From Vulcanimicrobiota bacterium (GTDB taxonomy: Bacteria; Vulcanimicrobiota; Vulcanimicrobiia; Vulcanimicrobiales; Vulcanimicrobiaceae): a stretch of 64,000 nucleotides of DNA. A program made the position numbers and the translations under genes. The stretch is taken from contig CAWAXX010000013.1 in assembly GCA_963786105.1 (NCBI GenBank), positions 1 to 64,000 on the forward strand, given 5' to 3'. Under the pieces are notes generated by a model. That model saw only the letters and a list, made by a program, of their open reading frames with translations, searched no databases and was not told the DNA's origin. This document shows, in pieces, positions 51,509 through 59,937 of this stretch (the stretch's first letter is position 1; each line of letters starts with the position of its first letter).

Positions 51509-52491
51509 GCAACAATCTCATCGTCGAACGCGAAAAAGGCTTGGTCGAACTCGAGCGCCGCATCGACGAGTTGCGCACCGTCAACGCGACGCAGCCAGTC
51601 GACATGTCCTCGGAGATCGCCGCCCTCGAACAAAAATATCAAGAGATCTTACACGAGGTATTCGGCGCACTTACTCCCTGGGAGAAGGTGCACATGGCCC
51701 GCCATCCGAGCCGGCCTACGTCGCTTGACTATATTTCACGGTTCGATCGCTTCGACGAATTGCACGGCGATCGACAGTTCCGGGACGATCCCTCGATCGT
51801 CGGAGGGTTCGCCCTGCTGCACGGACGTGTCGTGATGGCGATCGGCCAGCAGCGCGGCCGCGACACCAAAGAGAATCTTCGCCGCAACTTCGGAATGCCG
51901 GCACCCGAGGGGTATCGCAAAGTCCGGCGGCTGGCGCATCTGGCTTCGCGTTTGGGCTTGCCGATCGTGACGCTGGTCGATACCAAAGGAGCCGATCCCG
52001 GAATTTCTTCGGAAGAGCACGCGCAGTCGGAAGCGATCGCCGCCTGTTTGCACGAGTTCACCTCGGCGCGCGTGCCGATCGTCGCAACCGTGATCGGAGA
52101 AGGGGGCTCGGGCGGCGCGCTGGCGCTCGCAATTGCCGATCACACGATCATGCTGGAGCACAGCACGTACTCGGTTGCTTCGCCGGAAGGCTGCGCCGCG
52201 ATTCTCTGGTCGGATGCGACCAAGGCGGAAGAAGCCGCCGCGCGGTTGAAGTTAACCGCCCAAGACCTCCAGCGATTCGGCATCGTCGACGAGATCGTAC
52301 CTGAACCACTCGGGGGTGCGCACCGCAATGCGAGCGACGTTGTGACGCGCGTGTTAACGGTGGTGGATGCGGCGGTGGCGCGGTTGGCGGCGCGTTCGCC
52401 GGAGGAACTGTTGGAGGATCGGTATCTGAAGTATCGCCGGCTAGGGGCATGGCAAACAACGCACGGGGAAGCAATCGGCCAAAGCACGTGA
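51505..52491 (+). CDS. accA: Acetyl-CoA carboxylase carboxyltransferase alpha subunit
   Basis: ARHPSRP, ELHGDR, NFGMPAPEGYRK, GEGGSGGALA, SPEGCAAILW. Confidence 0.95.
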   Translation: MSNNLIVEREKGLVELERRIDELRTVNATQPVDMSSEIAALEQKYQEILHEVFGALTPWEKVHMARHPSRPTSLDYISRFDRFDELHGDRQFRDDPSIVGGFALLHGRVVMAIGQQRGRDTKENLRRNFGMPAPEGYRKVRRLAHLASRLGLPIVTLVDTKGADPGISSEEHAQSEAIAACLHEFTSARVPIVATVIGEGGSGGALALAIADHTIMLEHSTYSVASPEGCAAILWSDATKAEEAAARLKLTAQDLQRFGIVDEIVPEPLGGAHRNASDVVTRVLTVVDAAVARLAARSPEELLEDRYLKYRRLGAWQTTHGEAIGQST

Positions 52492-52808
52492 CGCAAGCGA
52501 TGCAGGCCCGTCTCGTCCTGCGCCTTACCGGTCGCATCACAGCGGCGGCGCTCGCGCTGCTCATTTTCACCCTGGTTGGAATACAGTTCGCCCGCGTGAT
52601 CGGGGAAAACGTCGCGATGGTTCGGCAGCTCTCGTCGGTGCGCGCGGATGTCGCCGCCTTGCGGAAGCACAGCGCCGAGCAGCGCCGCGAAATCGACCGC
52701 CTGCGCGACCCGGAAGGCGCGATCCCCGAAATCCACGACCGGCTGCGCATGGTGCGCGCGAACGAGACCATCATTTTCGTCAGCCCCGCGCCGTCGTCGG
52801 CCCCGTGA
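52488..52808 (+). CDS. Septum formation initiator (DivIC/FtsB-like)
   Basis: Single TM, coiled coil, LRMVRANETII tail; divIC-S1-ppx gene order. Confidence 0.7.
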   Translation: MTQAMQARLVLRLTGRITAAALALLIFTLVGIQFARVIGENVAMVRQLSSVRADVAALRKHSAEQRREIDRLRDPEGAIPEIHDRLRMVRANETIIFVSPAPSSAP

Positions 52809-53161
52809 CCGAGTCGATCGACGGCATCGTTATCAATCTCAACGCCTACGGCGCGACGGTACGGCTCGAGAACGGCGATCTTGCGACGGCCTCGACGGCC
52901 GACGTGGAGGCCCACCGCGCCGAGTACCAACGGTCACTCGTCGCCCGCCGCGAGCTGCCCTTCGAGCTGAGGCGCGAAGGACGCCGGCCGGTGGTAGTGC
53001 TCGCACCGCAGATTCGCGACGAGGCGCTCGACGAGCGCATCGCCTCCTATCTCAAAAGCACGCAAGAGTGGGATGCCCCCGACGGGGTCCCGCAGGCGGA
53101 TCGCCATTTCTTGCACAAGAAGCGCCGCGCGGCGCTATTCGAATCAAAGCATCAGGCGTAG
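52805..53161 (+). CDS. Divergent S1-domain protein (YabR-like)
   Basis: IDGIVINLNAYGATVRLENG resembles an S1 start; LDERIASYLKSTQEW tail; located after divIC. Confidence 0.6.
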   Translation: MTESIDGIVINLNAYGATVRLENGDLATASTADVEAHRAEYQRSLVARRELPFELRREGRRPVVVLAPQIRDEALDERIASYLKSTQEWDAPDGVPQADRHFLHKKRRAALFESKHQA

Positions 53162-53170
53162 GAGCGTTTC

Positions 53171-54151
53171 TTGAGTAAGCGGTACGCCGTCATTTCCGTC
53201 GGCACCAACTCGACCCGCATGTTGTTGGCCAACGTCGCGCCGGACTTGCCCCATGTCGATGCGGTTGGATCGCTCGGCACGCGGATTGGCCAGGGACTCG
53301 ACTCCGAAGGGCAGCTGGGCGAGGAGCCCATGCGCCGCACGCTCGACGCAATCGGCCAGCTGTACCGTCAGATACGCGGCCGGTACGTGAAACTGTTCGC
53401 CGTCGCAACCAGCGCCGTGCGCCGCGCCGGCAATAGCGACGAGTTTTTGGAGCGGGCACGGGAGATTTTGGGCGTTCCGGTCCAGGTGCTGTCCGGCGAA
53501 GAAGAAGCCGAGGCGTCGTACCGCGGTGCGATTACGGCATTGGGTCCGCTGCGGGGCGAACGGGTTGCCGTCGTCGACGCCGGCGGCGGCAGCACCGAAT
53601 ATGCTGCGGGAACCACGACGAAACCCGAGCGCGTTCTTTCGTTCGAGGTCGGCGCGGTTCGGCTTACGGAAGCGTTGCCGGCCATGGCGGGTAGCGGCGG
53701 CCCGGTGGACGCCGAGACGGTCGAGCGCGCTCGCTCGATCGCTCGCGAAGCGCTCGCGCCGTTGAACGGAACCGAGCCGGTGGAACGGGTGGCGTTCGTC
53801 GGCGGCTCGGCCACGACCGCGGCCGCCATCGTGCGTGCCCGCAAAGGTCCGATCGACTCCTATCGGCTCGCACGCGCGGATCTGCAAAGCGTCGTGGCGC
53901 GCCTGTGCGGCATGCCGCTCGACGACCGGAAGAAAGTGATCGGCATGCGGCCGCAGCGCGCCGACATTTTGCCGGCCGGTATCCTCGTGCTCGACACGGT
54001 GCTCGAAATCCTGAAGCTCGACGAAGCGACGGCGACTACGGACGACCTGCTGCTGGGCGTGATGCTTCAGCATCGCGATGCCACCGGGACGACTGCAGGA
54101 GCTGGGAAGCCCACAATCGCAGGCTCCCGAACTCCGAGGGGGTTCAAGTAA
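53171..54151 (+). CDS. ppx: Ppx/GppA-family exopolyphosphatase
   Basis: SVGTNSTR, ATSAVRRAGN, LSGEEEA, DAGGGSTE, RADILPAG. Confidence 0.88.
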   Translation: MSKRYAVISVGTNSTRMLLANVAPDLPHVDAVGSLGTRIGQGLDSEGQLGEEPMRRTLDAIGQLYRQIRGRYVKLFAVATSAVRRAGNSDEFLERAREILGVPVQVLSGEEEAEASYRGAITALGPLRGERVAVVDAGGGSTEYAAGTTTKPERVLSFEVGAVRLTEALPAMAGSGGPVDAETVERARSIAREALAPLNGTEPVERVAFVGGSATTAAAIVRARKGPIDSYRLARADLQSVVARLCGMPLDDRKKVIGMRPQRADILPAGILVLDTVLEILKLDEATATTDDLLLGVMLQHRDATGTTAGAGKPTIAGSRTPRGFK

Positions 54152-54393
54152 TGGACGACATTCAGATCCGCGAGCACATCGAGCAACTCGTGGCCGAAGA
54201 ACATCGCTTGCTCGAAAGCGGCGAAACGCACCCGCTGACGCCGGACGATCACCGGCGCCTCGAATCGGTCGAAGTGCAGCTGGATCAGTTCTGGGATCTG
54301 TTACGGCAGCGCCGCGCACGGCGTAATGCAGGGCAAGACCCCAACGTCGCGCACCTGCGTTCCGAAGACACCGTCGAGCACTACCGCCAATAG
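54151..54393 (+). CDS. DUF2630 family protein
   Basis: IEQLVAEEHRL..LDQFWDLLRQRRARR..TVEHYRQ. Confidence 0.85.
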   Translation: MDDIQIREHIEQLVAEEHRLLESGETHPLTPDDHRRLESVEVQLDQFWDLLRQRRARRNAGQDPNVAHLRSEDTVEHYRQ

Positions 54394-54403
54394 TCCATTC
54401 GGT

Positions 54404-54479
54404 GTCATCCTGAGCGGAGCGCCGAAAGCGCGCAGTCGAAGGACGAGCGGAGCGCCGAAGGCGCGCAGTCGAAGGACGA
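54404..54479. repeat. REP-like element with a 33-bp tandem duplication
   Basis: GTCATCCT followed by GAGCGGAGCGCCGAA(A/G)GCGCGCAGTCGAAGGAC twice (54412-54444, 54445-54477; 1 mismatch). Confidence 0.85.
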
Positions 54480-54492
54480 TTCGAACGACGGT

Positions 54493-54576
54493 GGGATGGT
54501 GGTGGAATCGGTAGACACAGCAGACTTAAAATCTGCAGTCCGAAAGGACGTCCGGGTTCGAGTCCCGGCCATCCCA
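54493..54576 (+). tRNA. tRNA-Leu (TAA)
   Basis: GGGATGG/CCATCCC acceptor stem, GCAGA-CTTAAAA-TCTGC anticodon arm, long variable arm GTCCGAAAGGAC, GGTTCGAGTCC T-arm; CCA not encoded. Confidence 0.95.
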
Positions 54577-55950
54577 GAAAGTTTCGTCTTCATTTTATTG
54601 GAGTTTTGGTCTGGTTACCGCGGCGAAGTTATCATTCGGTTGCCGTGCGGCTTCTTGGGGATCATTTCTTAGCGTCTTCTTTCTGAGCACGCCGGCTACA
54701 GTCGGGTTCGTTGGGAACGCTAAGCGCCGACTATTTCTTTATACGCTTGACTGAGCATTTCTTGCGCGCCTTGTTTTCTATCGCGGAGCTTATCGACAGC
54801 TTCTTGTGCGTGAATCAAAGCATGCCGAGCGAGGTCCGCATGTCCAGCACGTTTCTCGGAGCGGGCCAGCTCGATGTAGACCCACATTACGTCATAGGTG
54901 CCACGGTCGGTCGGGGGCGCAGTCTTGATCGCGGCGTCGAAAGCGCTTCGGCCATCCTCGACTCTTGCTTCACCTTGAGTGAAGAGGAACTTCGCATAGT
55001 CTCTCTGAGCATATAACTCAAAGAGTCCAGAACCTCGAGCGCCACGGATCGCATCTCGCCAAAACGTTTCTGCTCGTGGATCGTCATACGCTGAAAGGCT
55101 ACGAGCCGTTATTGAGTTGTCTTGCACGCTAATCAAGTTCGAGGCACCGAGTTTTCGAAGTGTTTTCATAATCGAGGCTGCTTGGGCCGCCGACGCGTAG
55201 CGTAACTGTTCCGAGATCATTCGTTTCGTCCTGAGGGGTGGCTCCTGGCTTTTGCTTGTCGCGTCAGAGGCCATCTGAATCTCAGCATCGCGACCGGCTA
55301 CGTCGGCCTGCACCATGCGCGACGTTGCATCGGCAAGCTGGTTTCGAAGCGTCCATGTGATAGTGGTGCGGGCCGCCACGACGGCGGCGATGAACGAAAG
55401 AAAACTAATGATGAGCGCCGCGGCGGGTATGACATCGGTGATTGTAATTGGCACTGGTCGGTAGCCCTTCATCTCCCGGGTTCTCGGTTTTGACGTAATG
55501 GCTCCAATTCGCCACCCCGGCCGCGCCGCTGGGTTGCCACATCCTTGGTCGGCTGCGAACATGAGCAGCTCGATGCCACGCACGACGACTTGTAAGTAGA
55601 GTCCCTACGTTAGTGCATCTGATAGGGACCACCCGCTTGAATAATCATGAGCCCGCCAACCGCTTACGAGCACCTTTTGAGAGCGCCACCGCCCCGCATC
55701 GCCGTGGTCGCGTGGCTCTTCATCGTGTCACATTTTGTCACGGACGGGTCGGAAGCGGTCAGGATCGGGAGGGAGGATCGGGGAACCAGTGGGCGGATTA
55801 GTCTGACGGATGGACGGGTTGGACGCGGTCGGGATAGGGAGGGATGGTTCGGGAATGGTGCGGCGGAAAAGCCTGAGGGAATAACACTTTTCGGTAACGG
55901 ACGGGATCGGCTGGAATCCCTGAGCTTGGGTTCGAGTCCCGGCCATCCCA
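54554..55950. mobile_element. tRNA-Leu-integrated islet remnant bounded by 23-bp att direct repeats
   Basis: GGGTTCGAGTCCCGGCCATCCCA at 54554-54576 (tRNA 3' end) and again at 55928-55950; interior visibly more AT-rich. Confidence 0.8.
54720..55472 (-). CDS. Hypothetical protein: N-terminal TM + helical TPR-like domain
   Basis: VIPAAALIISFLSFIAAVVAA TM followed by helical repeats (AETFWRDAI, GRSAFDAAI, ARHALIHA); only convincing CDS in the islet; start uncertain. Confidence 0.65.
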   Translation of the reverse strand: MKGYRPVPITITDVIPAAALIISFLSFIAAVVAARTTITWTLRNQLADATSRMVQADVAGRDAEIQMASDATSKSQEPPLRTKRMISEQLRYASAAQAASIMKTLRKLGASNLISVQDNSITARSLSAYDDPRAETFWRDAIRGARGSGLFELYAQRDYAKFLFTQGEARVEDGRSAFDAAIKTAPPTDRGTYDVMWVYIELARSEKRAGHADLARHALIHAQEAVDKLRDRKQGAQEMLSQAYKEIVGA

Positions 55951-56103
55951 TGAATCGTTCGCCTTATTTGACAACGTTTGCGGCTACCGAAATCGACGGC
56001 CGGATGGGGTGTTTCGTGAGAGGCGACCGAGAGGACGTAAGTCGAATCCCATTTTGAAAGAATCAACGCCCGGCCGGCGTCCGATAAATTCGAGGATTTC
56101 CTC

Positions 56104-57114
56104 TTGAAGACGATATCTGGATCAATACTCCGCACGATATGCGTCTGCGTGATTTCTGCGATGCTGCTTGCCGGCTGCGCCGGGTCGCAGTCGGCGATCG
56201 GATCGCAAGGGCCAATAGAATCGCTGACGAGGGCTGATGGCCCTTCGCCGCAGGCCACGCCGCTCGCCATGCCTCGCAGCATCCCCAAGCGAACGGGCTG
56301 GCTCTCGCCGGCAGCGAGAACAGCGCCAGTCATTTACGCTGCCAATGGTAACCAGGTCCTCATCTATCCAGAGAAAGGTTTTCTGCAGAGCCCAATCGGC
56401 ATGATAACCGGCATAGGATACGCCTATGGCCTCTGGGTTGATAAGAGTGGCAACCTATACGTCGCAGATGCCACGAACAATGCGGTCCTGGTCTATCCAC
56501 CCGGATCCACGAATCCATCGCAGAGCTATTCGCAAGATCTTTCGCGCCCGCTCTATCCGATAGTTGATAGCAGCGGCAATCTGTGGGTTAGCAATGCGAA
56601 CAACGGTACGGTCGTCGAGTATCTCAGCGGATCCACGAACGTCCATCAAGTGGTTCAAACGCCAGGTACAGAGGCCGACGGTCTGGATTTCGACCAGCAA
56701 GGCAACTTGTATGTTGCATACCGCGGGAGCTCCGGGAATCCGAACAGCAGTATTGAGGAGTTTACTCCCGGCTCGACGCACGGCCAGAGTCTTGGCATGA
56801 CGCTGAACCAACCACAGGGCCTCATCGTCGACAATAACCGCAACGTTCTCGTCGTCGAAACCGGCGGGACCAATCGCATCGACCTCTTTCCGCCGGGTGC
56901 CGAGCTTCCTTCGGCTGAAGTGCCCATTCAAAACGATACTCCGACCCAACTCGCAACCAAGCTGGACGATACCACTCTTTTCGTCTCCGCTTTGTCAGGC
57001 ACTATCTATGGGAAACGCTACCCGCTTCACGCTGTTCCACGCCCACCGTACATAAAAGATGAGGCGCAATCTCAAATTCAGGGTACCGCGCTAAGTAACG
57101 GTCAACACTTTTAA
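56104..57114 (+). CDS. NHL-like beta-propeller lipoprotein
   Basis: LAGC lipobox; repeats GLWVDKSGNLYVAD, IVDSSGNLWVSN, FDQQGNLYVA. Confidence 0.82.
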   Translation: MKTISGSILRTICVCVISAMLLAGCAGSQSAIGSQGPIESLTRADGPSPQATPLAMPRSIPKRTGWLSPAARTAPVIYAANGNQVLIYPEKGFLQSPIGMITGIGYAYGLWVDKSGNLYVADATNNAVLVYPPGSTNPSQSYSQDLSRPLYPIVDSSGNLWVSNANNGTVVEYLSGSTNVHQVVQTPGTEADGLDFDQQGNLYVAYRGSSGNPNSSIEEFTPGSTHGQSLGMTLNQPQGLIVDNNRNVLVVETGGTNRIDLFPPGAELPSAEVPIQNDTPTQLATKLDDTTLFVSALSGTIYGKRYPLHAVPRPPYIKDEAQSQIQGTALSNGQHF

Positions 57115-57194
57115 GGAAGATGCTTTTTGCCATCAATGCCGACCACAAGCGGCAGGCGCAATCCCATAAATCAGCGTCCATGTAAGATAGACGT

Positions 57195-58070
57195 ATGCGA
57201 GCTCGATTCACGATAGCCGCGGTTTTTGTAGCTACTCTTTCCGTCTTCGGGCAGTCGAAGGCGCAAGACGCCGCGCCGCCGACCGTCGAAGCCTTCTACT
57301 CCACTGCGGTTCAATCGATGCGCGCTTTGCGCCAGCCGCAATATCTGACGTACACCATCGAAGGCGATGGCGCCGGCCTGGCCATTTCGCTTCGAGTCAT
57401 CCGCCATTTGGTATGGCTCGAGATGACGACATACTCGGCCGCCCGGCCGACCGAACCCACGACGTGGGCGGTGCGCCACCGAACCGACGACTACGCTTCC
57501 GAAATCGTTGAAGCGGACGGGCGCCGTCTGGTTAGCACGCGCGCCTTCTTCGACCCCACGTGGTACGGTGCGTTTCGAGCACTCCGCGACGGAATGCTGT
57601 TCTATCAAAGAACCGAGCCGCCGGTCTCGGCGGAGGCAACGCCCACGCCGGGGCCTTCGCCCGACTTGCGGACCATCGCCGTCGTACAGGTAATCGGCAC
57701 GAACATCTATAGCGTCCTCGACAACGGCGCGTCGGCGTGCGCCAACGGCGATGCAGGCCATGCCCTGCATCTCGTTTCTCGCGACGGCAATCCGCGGCAC
57801 CAACTCGCCGACGTCGTCGTCGACTTGCGGAACATGCACTTCTGCACGATGCACTTCAACGTATCGGAACCGGGCGGATTCAGCGGGTCCGTCGAGCAGC
57901 ACTACGCCGACGTCGGCGGATACTGGCTGCAAACCGACGGGATCATCGAGAGCAAGGTCCGCGCGCTGGGGTTCATGGTGAATCACGGCGTGTGGCGTTA
58001 CCGCCTGGACGAAATGGCGTTCCCGGCAACCATTCCTTCCTCGGCTTTCTTGCGTCCTATGGATCAATGA
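57195..58070 (+). CDS. Secreted hypothetical protein
   Basis: Signal peptide (AKAQ-type cleavage), Pro-rich hinge, beta-rich C-terminal domain with two Cys. Confidence 0.75.
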   Translation: MRARFTIAAVFVATLSVFGQSKAQDAAPPTVEAFYSTAVQSMRALRQPQYLTYTIEGDGAGLAISLRVIRHLVWLEMTTYSAARPTEPTTWAVRHRTDDYASEIVEADGRRLVSTRAFFDPTWYGAFRALRDGMLFYQRTEPPVSAEATPTPGPSPDLRTIAVVQVIGTNIYSVLDNGASACANGDAGHALHLVSRDGNPRHQLADVVVDLRNMHFCTMHFNVSEPGGFSGSVEQHYADVGGYWLQTDGIIESKVRALGFMVNHGVWRYRLDEMAFPATIPSSAFLRPMDQ

Positions 58071-58144
58071 CGTCGATGCGCGCAGCGGACCGGATGCGCG
58101 GATTGCATGCATTTATCATGAAAAAAGAAAAGGAAAATTCATCA

Positions 58145-59239
58145 ATGAAGATTTCCAACTCGGCCAAGCGGGTCGTTGGCGTATCTGCGGCCGTTGCGCT
58201 TCTCGCCGGTTGTACCAGCAGCGGCGGGTCGCAGCTGGCCTCGGGCGGCGCAATGACGCCAAGCGGCGTTCAGACGATGGGCGGCAACCATAAGGTTGAC
58301 CTCTCGATGACGCTCGTCACGCCCAAGAGCGTGAAGCCCAACCTCCAGCGCAAAATCAAAGACATGGCGCGCGTTAAGCCGAACTGCTGCGCGCTCCAAA
58401 AGACCCTCTCCGTAGCCGACGCGTTCGGCGGATCGAGCTTCACCGGCGCCGTGTACCTGTTTGACTACAACACGGGCGCAGCGAGCGGATCGCTCGCACC
58501 GCCGCCCGAAGGCTGGTCGGAGGTTCAAGGCGCCTGCAGCGACAAGAACGGCAACTTCTACTTCGCGAACACCGCCATGTCGACGATCGACGAGTACTCG
58601 CATAGCGGTACCTACATCGCGACGCTCTCTGACCCGGGTCAGTACCCGGTAGGCTGCGCCTCGGATCGTACGACGGGTAACCTCGCGGTTTCGAACATCA
58701 TGGACACCAGCGGCGGCCCCGGTAGCATCGTCATCTACAATGGCGGCGTGCTGCAGCACACGTACTTTCCCCCGAACATGAGCCCATATTTCCTCGCTTA
58801 CGAGGGTGGCACGGGCATTCTGTGGGTTGACGGCTTGGATTCATCGGGAATGTTCCAGTATGACAGCTTCTCGGGCGGCTTGTTCACCCCGGTGACGATC
58901 TGCTGCGTAAGCATCGCATTCCCCGGCGCGGTGATGTGGTCGGGAAAGGTGAAGTCTATGGTCATCGGCGATCAAGACACGTTCAGCGCTCCGACGTTCT
59001 ACCAAGTTTCCGACACCGGCATGATTACGGGTTCGACCGTGTTGCAGTGCACGCAGCAGTCAGACTTCTGCGACATCGTCCAGGCCACCATTAAGGGCCC
59101 GGGTATCGTAGGAGCGGATGCAATCAGTCTAGGCGTCGCCCGATTCGCTTTCCCGGCCGGCGGACCACCCATACTGCAATACTCCGCCCCGTATGTCCAG
59201 CCGATCGGTACGGCAGTTAGCCCCAACAAAGGCGGCTAA
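58145..59239 (+). CDS. Cys-rich beta-propeller-like lipoprotein
   Basis: AAGGA RBS; LAGC lipobox; GACSDKNGNFYFAN and GCASDRTTGNLAVSN blades. Confidence 0.8.
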   Translation: MKISNSAKRVVGVSAAVALLAGCTSSGGSQLASGGAMTPSGVQTMGGNHKVDLSMTLVTPKSVKPNLQRKIKDMARVKPNCCALQKTLSVADAFGGSSFTGAVYLFDYNTGAASGSLAPPPEGWSEVQGACSDKNGNFYFANTAMSTIDEYSHSGTYIATLSDPGQYPVGCASDRTTGNLAVSNIMDTSGGPGSIVIYNGGVLQHTYFPPNMSPYFLAYEGGTGILWVDGLDSSGMFQYDSFSGGLFTPVTICCVSIAFPGAVMWSGKVKSMVIGDQDTFSAPTFYQVSDTGMITGSTVLQCTQQSDFCDIVQATIKGPGIVGADAISLGVARFAFPAGGPPILQYSAPYVQPIGTAVSPNKGG

Positions 59240-59264
59240 GGCCTCTGGACTCTCGCAATGGAAT

Positions 59265-59297
59265 ATCAGAAGGCTGGGTCGACTCCAGCCTTCTGAT
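59265..59297. terminator. Hairpin between convergent genes (probable bidirectional terminator)
   Basis: 13-bp perfect stem ATCAGAAGGCTGG/CCAGCCTTCTGAT. Confidence 0.7.
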
Positions 59298-59320
59298 TGG
59301 CGACCTCGTTCGAGCGGTCG

Positions 59321-59776
59321 TCAGACCTTGTTACTGATGACGAGATCGCTGCCGCCGCCGCCGTCGCCATCGTCGTTGCGGACCCTACGCGTGAAGTGGG
59401 CGGTACAGGAACCGGAGGCCGTTCCGGCTGCGACGCTGTACGTGTGAGGCATAGTCTTTGTGATAGTCGCGACGTTGCGAGCGGCGCAGTTGTCTCGTTC
59501 GACGATTGTGTGGCGTTCCCGATCGTCGCTCGTGACTCTCACGTTCACCGGCCCTGGATGATTCATATCGAAGGCGATTCGGCATGGCGTGACTTTGATG
59601 CCGTCGCTGGTTTGGCAACCCCGATCGTCCTGTGGAAGAAGTGAACCCGCCTGCATCGAGTTGACCGTCCCGGGCACGCCGCCCATGGACGGCGATTGCG
59701 CACCACTACTACATCCCGCAACGGCAAATGCCGTTAAAACAAGCGCCGATGCGCTAAAGGTTCTGTGCAGAGTCAT
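59321..59776 (-). CDS. Small hypothetical lipoprotein
   Basis: AAGGAG RBS; VAGC lipobox; four further Cys. Confidence 0.75.
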   Translation of the reverse strand: MTLHRTFSASALVLTAFAVAGCSSGAQSPSMGGVPGTVNSMQAGSLLPQDDRGCQTSDGIKVTPCRIAFDMNHPGPVNVRVTSDDRERHTIVERDNCAARNVATITKTMPHTYSVAAGTASGSCTAHFTRRVRNDDGDGGGGSDLVISNKV

Positions 59777-59845
59777 AATCGTTGCTCCTTTCTTTATGAC
59801 CGCTGACGCCACTGTCGCAACAAAACCTAAAGGAATCATGAACCA

Positions 59846-59863
59846 TCACATTCATGAATGTGA
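59846..59863. promoter_or_regulatory. Perfect 18-bp palindrome, operator-like
   Basis: TCACATTCATGAATGTGA upstream of the 59776 lipoprotein gene. Confidence 0.5.
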
Positions 59864-59937
59864 GTCTACCGCGATTCGTTCGAAATGTCGCCAAGGTTGC
59901 GTTTACGAAACGAAGATGCTCTTGATTCGGCAGTAAA

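Noticed and set aside
54412..54477. 33-bp direct repeats as a possible CRISPR array
   Set aside because: Only two abutting units, no spacers, and no cas genes.
54493..54576. bldA-style regulation or a group I intron in tRNA-Leu(UAA)
   Set aside because: TTA codons occur in core genes here (for example xseA and tlyA), and the anticodon loop is uninterrupted.
55613..55700. Possible decayed tyrosine-integrase C-terminus (TAYEHLL)
   Set aside because: Too short and not in frame with an LGH motif; cannot be distinguished from chance.
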